A stretch of 64,000 nucleotides of DNA, taken from a plasmid. Shown piece by piece: positions 20,301-30,530 of this stretch. The stretch lies in NCBI RefSeq assembly GCF_053078305.1, contig NZ_CP166875.1; one strand, written 5' to 3'. A program made the translations under genes and the position numbers. Positions within the stretch are counted from its first letter, which is position 1; each line of letters opens with the position of its first letter. The notes below the pieces were generated by a model. It was not told the origin of the DNA and did not search any database. It was given only the letters and a program-made list of their open reading frames with translations.

Positions 20301-21466
20301 TAGGCTGTACGGTTATCCCGTCCACCCACGCCTATCCTGTGACCGTAGTGGCCAGCCAGCCTGTCACCACACAAATCATGCCGGAGCTGGCCGCCATTCA
20401 GGGCGTGATGGCAGAGATGGTCCGTATGCAGACAGCCACCGGCACAGCCATCAACCAGAGTTCAGAGAAGCTGGCCTCTGTCATCGCACAGGATGGGCAG
20501 GCCACCCGTCAGCAGATGATATTCAGTAATGAAACCCGCCGGCTTGAGGAAGCCCGGAAGAGCTTCAGCGTGCCGGACTCCATCTGCAGTGAATCCGCCT
20601 CCGGAGTTGCAGCTGAAAGTCGCCGTGCAGCAGCGTCTGCGGCTGCACGTCTGAGTCAGGGAGGAGGCGTCAGCAGTAAACCCATCCGTGAACGTCTCTC
20701 CCGGGCAGCAGACTCACCAACCCGCGAGGCATATGACAGTGCAGGCATTCATGCCGGTTACTGCACGGAAGCTGAATATGCCCGCTTTGGCGGAACCGAT
20801 GTCTGCCCTGCCGTGGGCGAGCTGCCGGGCGGAGACAGCCAGGTGCGATCGCTCTATCAGGGTGCAGGCACAGCAGATAGCCCTGCCGCCCTCACCTGGG
20901 ATCAGAAACAGATTGATGCTGCCACGGCTTACATGAAAAACACCGCCAGACCGTCAGCGGGTCGTGCCCCGGGGAAAGGTGAAGTGGGAACACAGACCGG
21001 GCGCACGTATGTGGGCCTGCAGAATGAATACAACGGCATCATCGATGCCGCTTCTCATCCGCAACTGTCACTGATAGCTGACAGCACCCCTAATGAGGCC
21101 ACCCGTGGAGCGCTGACTGAAGCCCTGCAGTCACCATCCGCTGCGGCATATTTTGACCGGACCGCATCATCAGAGGCCCGCACCCGTGGTCACATGAGCC
21201 AGCGGGAGTTTGAGGCCTTTGAAGCCGGCAGACGCTATGCAAACACCGACTGGCAGCAGGATCTGCAGGGCATGGAAGGCGATAACCTTCTCCGTGAACT
21301 GCTGCGCACTACCGCCCTGCTGAACTGGCAGATGAACGACCTGAAAGAGCAGATACGCCAGGGTAATGTTATCGCCGGGCAGCAGCTGGCACTGGCGGCA
21401 CGACAGTATTACGGACAGCGTCTCGGTGAACTGTCACAGGCCATGAGCCAGGGGAGCGTAAGATGA
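20261..21466 (+). CDS. T4SS lipoprotein (TraW-like)
   Basis: SD GGAG before ATG 20261; lipobox LLIGC after signal peptide; 401 aa. Confidence 0.5.
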   Translation: MQRQPATTLLALLIGCTVIPSTHAYPVTVVASQPVTTQIMPELAAIQGVMAEMVRMQTATGTAINQSSEKLASVIAQDGQATRQQMIFSNETRRLEEARKSFSVPDSICSESASGVAAESRRAAASAAARLSQGGGVSSKPIRERLSRAADSPTREAYDSAGIHAGYCTEAEYARFGGTDVCPAVGELPGGDSQVRSLYQGAGTADSPAALTWDQKQIDAATAYMKNTARPSAGRAPGKGEVGTQTGRTYVGLQNEYNGIIDAASHPQLSLIADSTPNEATRGALTEALQSPSAAAYFDRTASSEARTRGHMSQREFEAFEAGRRYANTDWQQDLQGMEGDNLLRELLRTTALLNWQMNDLKEQIRQGNVIAGQQLALAARQYYGQRLGELSQAMSQGSVR

Positions 21467-22032
21467 AAGACGACAACAGCACCGACAAAAAAAAACCGGC
21501 CCCCCGTCTCCGCCGCATCGGTGACATCGGGATAAACCTGTTCGCACCACTGGCAGAAACCCGGTGGATGCTGCGCAGCTGCCACCATATGCTGGGCCAG
21601 CATAAAACGCGCCTGAAGCGCCTCATGCCCGACCGGCAACCGGAGAGTCCGGTCTGTATGACCTGGGAAGAAGCCGTCAGGGCCAGCGGCCTTACGGTCA
21701 ACGAACTGGATCGGCGTCTGCGACGTCGCAGGATGTTCTGGCGGACAGGATTCTGGCTGATGATGATACCGGTACTTCTGCTGTGCGGCATGGCCCTTGC
21801 TGCCACAGCGCTTCCGGCCATCACCCTGATACGTATACTGGCCTGCCTGTTACTGATGAGTGCCATTGCAGCACTGTGTGCCTCAAAAACCCTGATTGTG
21901 TCATACCGCCTCTGGCAACTGAATGAACGGCGGGTCAGCGAGGACGAACAGGGCACCTTCCCCGATTACCTGCAGGCCCGGCACGGCTGGAAACAGGCCA
22001 CATGGCTGGCCATTACCCACCGGCAGTACTGA
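21463..22032 (+). CDS. membrane protein (TraX-position)
   Basis: Coupled start (ATGA); two long hydrophobic segments. Confidence 0.4.
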   Translation: MKDDNSTDKKKPAPRLRRIGDIGINLFAPLAETRWMLRSCHHMLGQHKTRLKRLMPDRQPESPVCMTWEEAVRASGLTVNELDRRLRRRRMFWRTGFWLMMIPVLLLCGMALAATALPAITLIRILACLLLMSAIAALCASKTLIVSYRLWQLNERRVSEDEQGTFPDYLQARHGWKQATWLAITHRQY

Positions 22033-22104
22033 CCGTCCGGTCTGCAATTCCTTTTCCTCATTCCGGAGGCTGATGCCCTGCATCCCTTCGGTTCCGGAGT
22101 TATC

Positions 22105-24270
22105 GTGAAAATCATACCCAGAGCACTGAGTGCGGGTCTGGCGCTGGCTGCCGTACCTGCACAGGCATTCGTCACCTATCAGGACATTGTGAGCGCCGCC
22201 ACCAATCCGGATGACCTGTCGCGCCAGGCACTGGTCACCATTTTTGGCGACGTGGTCACAAATCCCCTGACAGCCAGCAGCAACACCATTATCGGCAACC
22301 TGTTCATGGTGTTTAACGCAATTATCGCCATTATGGGGATAGTCTGGTTCCTGTTTATTGGAATCCGCCATGTTGTCCGCACCGGCCACCAGGGCAATGT
22401 CTTTAACAACGGGCGGGACGTCGTCGGAATGCTCAGTATTGTGAGCGGTTTTATGATGATTGTGCCCACCGCTTCCGGCTGGAGCCTGGCACAACTGGTC
22501 ATGCTCTGGGGCGCATCCATCATGGGCATTGGTTCCGCCAATATCATGGTTCAGACGGCTGCAGAAAACATCGCTGAAGGCTATTCAATGACCGTACAGC
22601 CAGTTCATGTCTCCACCCGCACGGCAGCACGGGGAATACTGGAGATGGCGCTGTGCAAACACGCCATGAATGCAGGCCTCGATGACTTTAACCGTACTGC
22701 CCGTTCATCAACGCCCCCCATGAGCGAATCCTCACGGACAGAGAACGGCAGGTATACCATCACCGTTTCAAATGGCAGTGCCACCTGCGGTAGTGTGAGT
22801 CTCTCCGTAAAAGGGAATGGCAGCAACAACCAGTCCGCACTGGACTATTTTTTCAATCCCTTCATTGAAACGGAGTATCAGGGTGTCCTGACGGCACAAC
22901 GCTCCGCCATGGATACCATGCTCCGTGACCTGGACAGCGCAGCACAGGAATTTGTGTCAGCGTACCGGACCCGACGCGACACGGGTAACGGCAACCTGCC
23001 GGATATTGAAAGCCGTATTCAGAAGGCTGCCAACAGGTATGAAGAAACGGTGCAGAAGGCGTTGCCAACAGATAACGCAGAAACTGAGCGCAGGGAGCAG
23101 CTGAAATCCTACCTGACCACCTACGGCTGGGTTGCCCTGGGGGCCTGGTACCAGACCTTTGCCACTGCCAACCAGCGACTGGCAGAACTGGCCGACCGTG
23201 CCCCCACTGTGAGTGGAGTTTCATCGCAGGGCGAAGCAGGGGATACTGAATTCCTGAAGGAAGTAAAAGGAGCTTACCAGGCACAGTTGCAAAACTCACC
23301 ATATACACCTGCACTGGGAACAGCCACCTCCGCCAGTGAATACCAGGCATCTAATACACAGAATCCTCAATCAGCCCTGTTAGAGTTCATAGGGCCAGGG
23401 TTAACTCGATTTTCAAATAAAGTAGCAACCATACATTCAGGAACAGGAACAACGAGTCAGCAGGCAAATCCTCTGCTGAAAATGAAGGACATTGGTGATT
23501 ACACCATGGTCACAACCGAAACCATCTGGGCGGGTTATACCACTGTCAGGGTGCTTTCAACTGCCGGCAGCAACTCCGTTTTTGGCCGACTGGTCAATGC
23601 CGTCAGCGGCTTATCTGATGCCGCAAAGGCTTTTCTGGAAGCCTCCGCACCACCACTCTACTTCCTGCTGTTTTTGCTGTTCTGTGCCGGTTTTTCGTTG
23701 TCCATTTACCTGCCGTTTATCCCGTTTATCTTCTGGATGACCGGCATCGGCAACTGGATAGTCAGCGTACTGATTGGATGCGCCGCCGGCCCCCTGTGGG
23801 CCGCAACCCACCTGGGAACAAGTCAGGACAGAGGAAGTCGGGCCGCTTACGGTTACATCTACCTGATAGACAGCATGATCAGGCCTCTGTTGATGGTGTT
23901 CGGGTTCTTTTTTGCATCGGTCGCCATCGTGGCTGGCGGCACCATACTGAATGCTCTGTACGCTGCAGCACTAATGAATGTCCAGATAAATTCTGTGACG
24001 GGCGTGTTCAGCATGGCGGGATTTTTGATGATTTATGCCCGCGCCTGTACCACACTGGTTGCGGGCGTTTTTGCACTTCAGGCTTATCTGCCAGACCATG
24101 TGATTAATTTTCTGGGCGGACGTGATGGCGTTAATATGCTGGGGAATATGGTTTCTTCCGTCAAAGATATTATTGCCGGCGGAAACACCAATATACGCAG
24201 AACACCTGGCGTTCGTGAAGATAAACTGAAAAATATTAATAGAGATGATAAGGACGGAATAAAACAATAG
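22105..24270 (+). CDS. traY: large polytopic membrane protein, DotA-like (TraY-like)
   Basis: GTG start after GGAG; signal peptide; multiple TM clusters at both ends; 721 aa at the distal end of the tra operon. Confidence 0.6.
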   Translation: MKIIPRALSAGLALAAVPAQAFVTYQDIVSAATNPDDLSRQALVTIFGDVVTNPLTASSNTIIGNLFMVFNAIIAIMGIVWFLFIGIRHVVRTGHQGNVFNNGRDVVGMLSIVSGFMMIVPTASGWSLAQLVMLWGASIMGIGSANIMVQTAAENIAEGYSMTVQPVHVSTRTAARGILEMALCKHAMNAGLDDFNRTARSSTPPMSESSRTENGRYTITVSNGSATCGSVSLSVKGNGSNNQSALDYFFNPFIETEYQGVLTAQRSAMDTMLRDLDSAAQEFVSAYRTRRDTGNGNLPDIESRIQKAANRYEETVQKALPTDNAETERREQLKSYLTTYGWVALGAWYQTFATANQRLAELADRAPTVSGVSSQGEAGDTEFLKEVKGAYQAQLQNSPYTPALGTATSASEYQASNTQNPQSALLEFIGPGLTRFSNKVATIHSGTGTTSQQANPLLKMKDIGDYTMVTTETIWAGYTTVRVLSTAGSNSVFGRLVNAVSGLSDAAKAFLEASAPPLYFLLFLLFCAGFSLSIYLPFIPFIFWMTGIGNWIVSVLIGCAAGPLWAATHLGTSQDRGSRAAYGYIYLIDSMIRPLLMVFGFFFASVAIVAGGTILNALYAAALMNVQINSVTGVFSMAGFLMIYARACTTLVAGVFALQAYLPDHVINFLGGRDGVNMLGNMVSSVKDIIAGGNTNIRRTPGVREDKLKNINRDDKDGIKQ

Positions 24271-24340
24271 AGTACAAAACAGTATTGCCATATTCACCTG
24301 AAGAGTTTAAAATATATTCAGGTGAATATGGAGGTTTATT

Positions 24341-24991
24341 ATGAACAAAACGAAAAGCAGATATCCTTCCTGGTGGGCATATTACCACTTGGCCCGCAAC
24401 GCTTATTTCTTATTAGGAATACCGTGTTTACTTTTATACTCAGCCGCTTATACATCAGATTTATTAGATGATAATCTAAGACATTCAACAAGCCTTTTTA
24501 TTTTGGCATATGGATGTTATTTTCTTCTTTTTATTCCCCCACTCTGGCTATATCTGAGAACTAAGGCAAAGAAAAAGAAAATCCTACAGGTTGTTAAGAA
24601 GATAAAAGAAAGCAGTCCCTTTGCGCCGACCAGCGATTACGAGCAACTGTCATTCTCGAAGAGTTGCTATTTCGGGATCGACATTAAAAACGGCACCATG
24701 CTGTATGTGCGCATTTACCCAAACAATGTCATGGATGTGATTGGTCTGGATATTCACAACTTCACCCGAACAGTTGCTGAAGACGGCAAGCTGGAAATCC
24801 ACACCACCTATGTGAGTCTGCCGATGATCCCTCTTGAAATCTCCGGCATCTCAGCAAGGACGCTGGCCAACACCATGCACACCATGGCTGCACGTGGATA
24901 TGAGTACAAGGAACGTTTCCCACAGATGATCCGGTATCGGGTTAAAGAGTGGGAAAAAGTTGCCGGTGTTCCTGTTGCAGAAGTATTTTGA
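24341..24991 (+). CDS. inner-membrane protein, candidate entry-exclusion protein (ExcA-like by position)
   Basis: GGAGG before ATG; AT-rich; two N-terminal TM helices; immediately follows the traY-like gene. Confidence 0.4.
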   Translation: MNKTKSRYPSWWAYYHLARNAYFLLGIPCLLLYSAAYTSDLLDDNLRHSTSLFILAYGCYFLLFIPPLWLYLRTKAKKKKILQVVKKIKESSPFAPTSDYEQLSFSKSCYFGIDIKNGTMLYVRIYPNNVMDVIGLDIHNFTRTVAEDGKLEIHTTYVSLPMIPLEISGISARTLANTMHTMAARGYEYKERFPQMIRYRVKEWEKVAGVPVAEVF

Positions 24992-25023
24992 GGTAGCTAT
25001 CAACTGTTAGACGATAATCCGTC

Positions 25024-25055
25024 AGCCGGTTTTCTCTGAACCGGCTTTTTCTTTT
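25024..25055 (+). terminator. intrinsic terminator after the tra/exc operon
   Basis: Inverted repeat AGCCGGTT / AACCGGCT followed by a T-run. Confidence 0.5.
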
Positions 25056-25264
25056 CAGGCAGAATGCCTGTCTGCCGTCTATCTCAGGACGCCGCATGGA
25101 GTCTCTATGTTTTCCCCACAAATTCTTAGCACTGTCTTGCCCACTGTAGACAAAATCAATACAATTCTGCATATCAGTTATCTATAAAAGATAACAATAT
25201 CATTATAAATAATTATCATATCCACACACTCAAGGCAGTACCTAGAAAACATAAAGATAAAATC

Positions 25265-26848
25265 ATGTCTACCCGCAGCAATTTTCCAGCACGACATGGT
25301 ACTCCATGGAATACTGAAGAGTTACAGCGTCTTCTCGTATCCATAGCGGAGGGCGTCTCGCTAAAAAAACTTACTCAAACACATCAACGATCGTCCGGGG
25401 GAATACGTGGAGCAATCAAACGCCTGCTTCCTTCTGAGTTTCTTGAGTTCAACGATATAAACACGGTGAATGATCTCAGCAATTACTTCAACAAGATTCC
25501 TCGCCAAGAACACAATAGTATCATCAATAATTTAATATCATTGAGCACTGCAAAAACAATTGCTCATGATAAAGTTGAAATACAAAAGAATAGTTTTAAA
25601 CAAAATACCCCACTCCCCCTCTGCCAACCCAATACAGATTTTAAAGATTATATAGCCGATGAACATGATGTCATTATGCTAATTCATTCTGCTATCGAAA
25701 GTTTATCTAATAAACGACATCAATATATTCTTCTAATGCGACTCGGCACAGATGATTCACCTCATTCTCTGGCAGATATTGCCGTCAAATTAGGAATTTC
25801 CCGTGAAAGGGTAAGACAACTTCAGGAACGAGCCCTTGGCTTACTAGCTGCTAAATCTCGCTATGAAGGGACACCTGGAGCTTGCCTTAAAGCCCTTATT
25901 AACTCAATAGGTAATTCACCATATGATATAGCAGTATGGATTTATCGTATTGTTCATCGGGATTTCGTTACATCCTCTGACTTAGCCGCCAAATTCATTA
26001 TTTTTACCGCAGGCATTCCTAAAGCAAGACGAGATGAAATAAAAAGTTCGCTCTCATTAATATCACAATTACAAAAGCAGAGGTTACGTGAACGAAGAGC
26101 AGAATTAGCACACGCTCGCGCTCAGGAAAGAGCCCGAATCAAGAAAGAAAGAGTTGAGTTCATATTCAGTAAATGGCTAGACAATACACATTGGCCAAAA
26201 TATATCGCACCTCCTCCCCCCGTAGAACAGCTATGTTCACAGAGAGCGGTTAATGATACTGACATATCTGGATTCTTTTACTCTCAAAAATTAGGTCGTA
26301 CAGTCCAGTACGAATCAGGGCTTGAGTTTAAAATAATGAATCTATTAGAATGTTGCGATCAGGTTCTTTTCTATCAAGAACAACCATTTTCTATTCCATA
26401 TTGTTTTAAAAACAAATCAAAAAAATACTATCCAGATTTACTCATTGCGACAGTTGATGGTCGGTGCCTACTTATGGAAGTGAAGCCAACAGACCGAATG
26501 ACCTTGAGTCTCACGAGAATAAAAAGTAATGCAGGTCGCAAATGGGCACATACTCGAGGATGGGGATGGTTGGTCATTAGTGATAGGTTCTCGTTACGTC
26601 AGCTGGAAGAACATGCCATCTCAACAAACACATGGAAACTTATAGAGGCTGAACTGAAAACATCAAGGATTTTAGCATGGCGTGAAATGATGGAGTTACG
26701 TACACGATACGAGATTCATCGTTTAGATCTTATTGCATATATCATTCAGTCTGGTGCTGAAGTGGATAACTTTTATCGAATTACCCCGAAAATATCTAAT
26801 AATACATCTAACCAGAGACAACTAAATGAGAGCGACTGTCATAATTGA
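25265..26848 (+). CDS. fusion protein: sigma-70 region-4-like HTH and C-terminal TnsA-like PD-(D/E)xK endonuclease domain
   Basis: Strongly AT-rich 527-aa ORF; HTH segment SLADIAVKLGISRERVRQLQERALGLL; C-terminal YESGLEF...YYPDLLIATVDGRCLLMEVK resembles the TnsA/restriction-endonuclease fold. Confidence 0.5.
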   Translation: MSTRSNFPARHGTPWNTEELQRLLVSIAEGVSLKKLTQTHQRSSGGIRGAIKRLLPSEFLEFNDINTVNDLSNYFNKIPRQEHNSIINNLISLSTAKTIAHDKVEIQKNSFKQNTPLPLCQPNTDFKDYIADEHDVIMLIHSAIESLSNKRHQYILLMRLGTDDSPHSLADIAVKLGISRERVRQLQERALGLLAAKSRYEGTPGACLKALINSIGNSPYDIAVWIYRIVHRDFVTSSDLAAKFIIFTAGIPKARRDEIKSSLSLISQLQKQRLRERRAELAHARAQERARIKKERVEFIFSKWLDNTHWPKYIAPPPPVEQLCSQRAVNDTDISGFFYSQKLGRTVQYESGLEFKIMNLLECCDQVLFYQEQPFSIPYCFKNKSKKYYPDLLIATVDGRCLLMEVKPTDRMTLSLTRIKSNAGRKWAHTRGWGWLVISDRFSLRQLEEHAISTNTWKLIEAELKTSRILAWREMMELRTRYEIHRLDLIAYIIQSGAEVDNFYRITPKISNNTSNQRQLNESDCHN

Positions 26849-27467
26849 TGACGCACAGGACGGAAAAAATAATAGCTGCCGGACAGCAGCAACCAGCAGT
26901 CGTCCGGTAAAAAAGACAAACAAGGCGCATTGAGGTCAGCCTTCGCAACAATCCGGCGGCAGATTCTCTACCGCCGTGTTGCCCGTTAACGTTTAACTTC
27001 GTAGGCTAACGTTGCCACAAGCACCGTATTTCCCTGCTCGATACGAAATCCGCAAAGCGAATCCCTCACCATCCAGACAAAACACAGTATCGTCACACAG
27101 ACGACGATTAACATCATTAAAAACGTTCGTTGTGGCATCGCAGCCCCTCCATTGCCTTTCGGCCGTCATCGGGCTACTATAATGTTGTTGAGGCATTACA
27201 GTGGGCCCTGGGTTGATTGATAAAAAAATCGCCTGGGGCTTTCTGCTACATGCCGTCCACAAAACGCTTTCGGCATACAGCCTCAAGCGCCCGCCGCTAT
27301 TCTAATCGTTTTCCAGTCCGCCACAATCCTTTTCATGCCACCACGTATTTTGTGTCAGGGACAGAAATAAAGCCGGAAAGTGACTACGTGTGCACACATC
27401 TGTTTTCCGGGCTGCAGGCATCGTGTTATTTTCTGAAATGCAAAATAATAAAAAACAAGGACACATC

Positions 27468-27710
27468 ATGAAGGATGAAATACACAGTACCAGCATTAAC
27501 CCGGATGTTGTTGAGCAGTTTCTGGCCCTTATGAACACACATTGTAAATCCTCAGAAGAGGCACTCGCCATGCTGAGTACGCTTTGTTACAACCTGATGA
27601 TGACATGCGGTATCCATTCCATGGACAGCCAGATGCTCAATGGGCATGGGATATCCATGCAACTTCAGGGGATTGATATTGCCGAAAGGCCAGGCAAGAA
27701 TATTCACTAA
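27468..27710 (+). CDS. hypothetical small protein
   Basis: ATG 27468 preceded by AAGGA; 80 aa. Confidence 0.3.
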   Translation: MKDEIHSTSINPDVVEQFLALMNTHCKSSEEALAMLSTLCYNLMMTCGIHSMDSQMLNGHGISMQLQGIDIAERPGKNIH

Positions 27711-27994
27711 CCTGAACAGGGTCTGAAAACGCTGATTTTTCAGCGTCTCTGCAGGCTAAAACTGATGATGTAATGACAACAAAATTTCTGCGTTTGTACC
27801 CCACCGATGAAAAAGACAAAAACTCACACCGGGCTTCTCATCATTAAAGATAAAACCCGACGTGTCAGCCTCTACGAAACGCCAACGGCATGGTGTATCA
27901 GGGGGCAGGAGTGCTACAGCAAAAGTACAGGACGCCGCTGTGGCAGCCACGACAGTCTGAGCAGACTGCGCCTGGACAGCATTAAGCCTGTTGA

Positions 27995-28378
27995 ATGAGT
28001 GGTGGCACCATGAAAGATAACAACACAACCTCCACCCCAGAAGCCTGGAAAATGCGTTTTCTGGCCAACGGGACATCCGGCACATGGTTTTACACTGACG
28101 ACATTGCAGTCACTGACGCGTGGCTTCGCGCGCACCCGGATGATGTGGAGGTTATCCCTCTCTGCCGGATACAGCCCCGCCAGCATTCCCATGAACAACA
28201 TATTGAAGAACTCCGCGCAGCCCTGGCCCGGATGCTCCATATGCATCATATGATGCTGGAAACCACACATTACCGGGAAAATATCACCGATGCCCGTTGT
28301 ATCCGTGAAATGCATGAAGCGCCATTACAGGCGCTCAATATTCTGTCCAGATACCCGCATAAAAAGGACGAGGTGTGA
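27995..28378 (+). CDS. hypothetical protein (His-rich)
   Basis: 127-aa ORF, first of three tightly linked small ORFs. Confidence 0.3.
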   Translation: MSGGTMKDNNTTSTPEAWKMRFLANGTSGTWFYTDDIAVTDAWLRAHPDDVEVIPLCRIQPRQHSHEQHIEELRAALARMLHMHHMMLETTHYRENITDARCIREMHEAPLQALNILSRYPHKKDEV

Positions 28379-28381
28379 CGC

Positions 28382-28597
28382 ATGTGGCTACTGATTTTCT
28401 GGCTTTCATCGCCCTTTAATGTCTCTTCCGGTGATGCCCGTCAGCCCACACTGGCGGTGCACAGCCAGGCCTTTCATACCGAACGGGCCTGCCGCGATGC
28501 ATTGCGCGCCATTAAAAAGGAGAATGTTGGCGAATTTTCTCTGCGGGGCGTTTGTGTTTCTGACGGAAATACGAAGGAGGAGGCTGAGAGCTCATGA
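28382..28597 (+). CDS. hypothetical small protein
   Basis: 71-aa ORF starting 4 nt after the previous stop; N-terminal hydrophobic segment. Confidence 0.25.
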   Translation: MWLLIFWLSSPFNVSSGDARQPTLAVHSQAFHTERACRDALRAIKKENVGEFSLRGVCVSDGNTKEEAESS

Positions 28598-28845
28598 CGG
28601 ATATTACTGACAGACATACACTTCGCCGTATGTCCTGGTCGGAACTCATCACGGCAGGACAGGAAGCAGAATTTCAGCATGATTACGAGCGTGCCAGAAT
28701 AGTGTGGTCATTCGCCTTACATGTTGCAACAACCACGATTAACAAAAATCTGGCCATAGCTCATATTCGACGCTGCGATACTTTGTTGCATAAATCAAAG
28801 GCTGTACCCGGAAACAACCCGTGTGGTTCCGGTCAGCGAGTCTGA
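28594..28845 (+). CDS. hypothetical small helical protein
   Basis: 83-aa ORF overlapping the previous stop; predicted helical. Confidence 0.3.
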   Translation: MTDITDRHTLRRMSWSELITAGQEAEFQHDYERARIVWSFALHVATTTINKNLAIAHIRRCDTLLHKSKAVPGNNPCGSGQRV

Positions 28846-29475
28846 GACCTCAACATCCCGGGTGATGATTGTCATTCCGGACTGACGCAGCCGCTGCACA
28901 TCTGCGGCAATACGTTGAATACCAAGCCAGAACAGACCATCCAGCGCGGTGACAATTAACCCGCTTTCCAGCGCCAGTTTCAGCCGTGCTGTCGGGGCTT
29001 TAACCTGCCCGGCTATATCAGTGAAACAACGCGTCGTCATGCCATAGCTGTCCGCCCGCCGTATTCGCGTCGCAAGACTGTAACTGAAGCTATCCGGCAC
29101 GCCGGATAAGTCATTCTGCAGACTGTATACACATCCCCGCTGCCGCTCATTGAATACAACTTTTTTCTGGCTGAGCTGCCATTCCCGCCGCACGCTGTCA
29201 ATCATCTGCGGTGTCCGGGTTAACAGCAGACGAAACGGCAGTTCAAAACTGGTCACATAATCAACATTAAGTAAGGCAATCCGCAGCCGCTCCCTGGCTC
29301 CTGCTCCGGTATCACGGCATTCACGCATGACATCTTCCCACTGGCGCATCAGTCGCGGTGACTCATTCCTGGCCCTGAACTGATATTTCTCAATCTGATA
29401 ATCAATATGTTCCTGCATACCGTCACCGGATATCTGTTGCCGTATCATCACGGATATCAGCGTACTGGAATTCAT
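28795..29475 (-). CDS. hypothetical protein with putative C-terminal DNA-binding region
   Basis: 226-aa minus-strand ORF convergent with the small-ORF cluster; C-terminus LDGLFWLGIQRIAADVQRLRQSGMTIITRD looks HTH-like. Confidence 0.35.
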   Translation of the reverse strand: MNSSTLISVMIRQQISGDGMQEHIDYQIEKYQFRARNESPRLMRQWEDVMRECRDTGAGARERLRIALLNVDYVTSFELPFRLLLTRTPQMIDSVRREWQLSQKKVVFNERQRGCVYSLQNDLSGVPDSFSYSLATRIRRADSYGMTTRCFTDIAGQVKAPTARLKLALESGLIVTALDGLFWLGIQRIAADVQRLRQSGMTIITRDVEVSDSLTGTTRVVSGYSL

Positions 29476-29577
29476 GCCCTGCGTGAAGTATCACACTGCC
29501 AAAAAAAACACACCTGAACGTTATTATTTCGCAATATTAATTGCACCTGTTTTCATAAATAAAAAGGAGACGATGAA

Positions 29578-30045
29578 ATGATAAAATATATCTTTTCACT
29601 CACCATTATTTTTTCCGCTTCTCTCTGTGCTGCACAGATTCAGGGGCACGTCATCCGCGTTCTTGATGGTGATACGCTGGAAATATTACAGGACAAAAAG
29701 CCTGTCAGGGTCCGTCTGGCTAATATTGATGCACCGGAAAAGAAACAGCCCTTTGGACGCTGGTCAGCCACTCAGCTGAAGGACCTGGTGGCCGGAAAGC
29801 CCGTAACCGTGCAATACGCGCAGACAGACAGGTATGGCCGTATTCTCGGCCGGGTCTATACCGCTGACGGCACAGAAGCAAATCGCTGGCAGGTCCGTAA
29901 CGGCGCTGCCTGGGTGTACCCGGACTACAATAATGACTATACTCTCCCGCCGCTCCAGCGTGATGCCCGCGCCCTGAAGCGGGGATTATGGGCAGATAAA
30001 AATCCGGTACCACCATGGACCTGGAGAAAACAGAATAAGAAATAA
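29578..30045 (+). CDS. nuc: secreted thermonuclease (staphylococcal nuclease/SNase family)
   Basis: SD AAGGAGA; signal peptide; SNase motifs VIRVLDGDT, RVRLANIDAPE, DRYGRILGRVY. Confidence 0.75.
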   Translation: MIKYIFSLTIIFSASLCAAQIQGHVIRVLDGDTLEILQDKKPVRVRLANIDAPEKKQPFGRWSATQLKDLVAGKPVTVQYAQTDRYGRILGRVYTADGTEANRWQVRNGAAWVYPDYNNDYTLPPLQRDARALKRGLWADKNPVPPWTWRKQNKK

Positions 30046-30385
30046 TTATTTGCTGATATGAAGAAAAAAACCATTTCAAAGAAAATAAATGGCAAAAATA
30101 CAGCATGGAAAAAAATTGCCATTTTTACCGCCGCGTTATTTTTAATATTTGCTGTCTGCTGGTCGTAATAAGCAGAATAACAGAAAGGTGTAAAAATGAA
30201 CCTGGTTGATGCATTTGTCACTAAAGTGATATCCGGACCGTATGAAGAATACGGAAAATGGTGGGTGGATGTAGAATATATTTCCTGGGGAGTTCCGGGT
30301 AAAAGCCGGCTCATGTTTGACTCACGGGAACAGGCACAGGAAGTGCAGGAAGGTTTTCGATTTTTAACCTGAGCATATTTTGTTA

Positions 30386-30415
30386 AAGGGCAGAAGGCGG
30401 TGACCCTCTGCCCTT
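30386..30415. terminator. hairpin after toxin copy 1 (bidirectional)
   Basis: Perfect 9-bp inverted repeat AAGGGCAGA ... TCTGCCCTT. Confidence 0.4.
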
Positions 30416-30434
30416 AAGTACGTTTCCGGGATTA

Positions 30435-30530
30435 TCAGTCAACCAGTTCCCGGATCAGTTCCAGGAGAGCTATCACTGCGTTAGCCACAGCAACAACCGC
30501 CCTGAGAACGATGATTAACAGGTTAATCAT
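30435..30530 (-). CDS. DinQ/TisB-like small hydrophobic toxin peptide, copy 1 (31 aa)
   Basis: Encodes MINLLIIVLRAVVAVANAVIALLELIRELVD; GGAG 8 nt before ATG; the IALLELIR core matches DinQ as I recall it. Confidence 0.4.
   Translation of the reverse strand: MINLLIIVLRAVVAVANAVIALLELIRELVD

Noticed and set aside
26993-27286. 97-aa minus-strand ORF in the intergenic region after the HTH-nuclease gene
   Set aside because: No ribosome-binding site; the region looks like a degraded intergenic or remnant sequence; insufficient evidence for a gene
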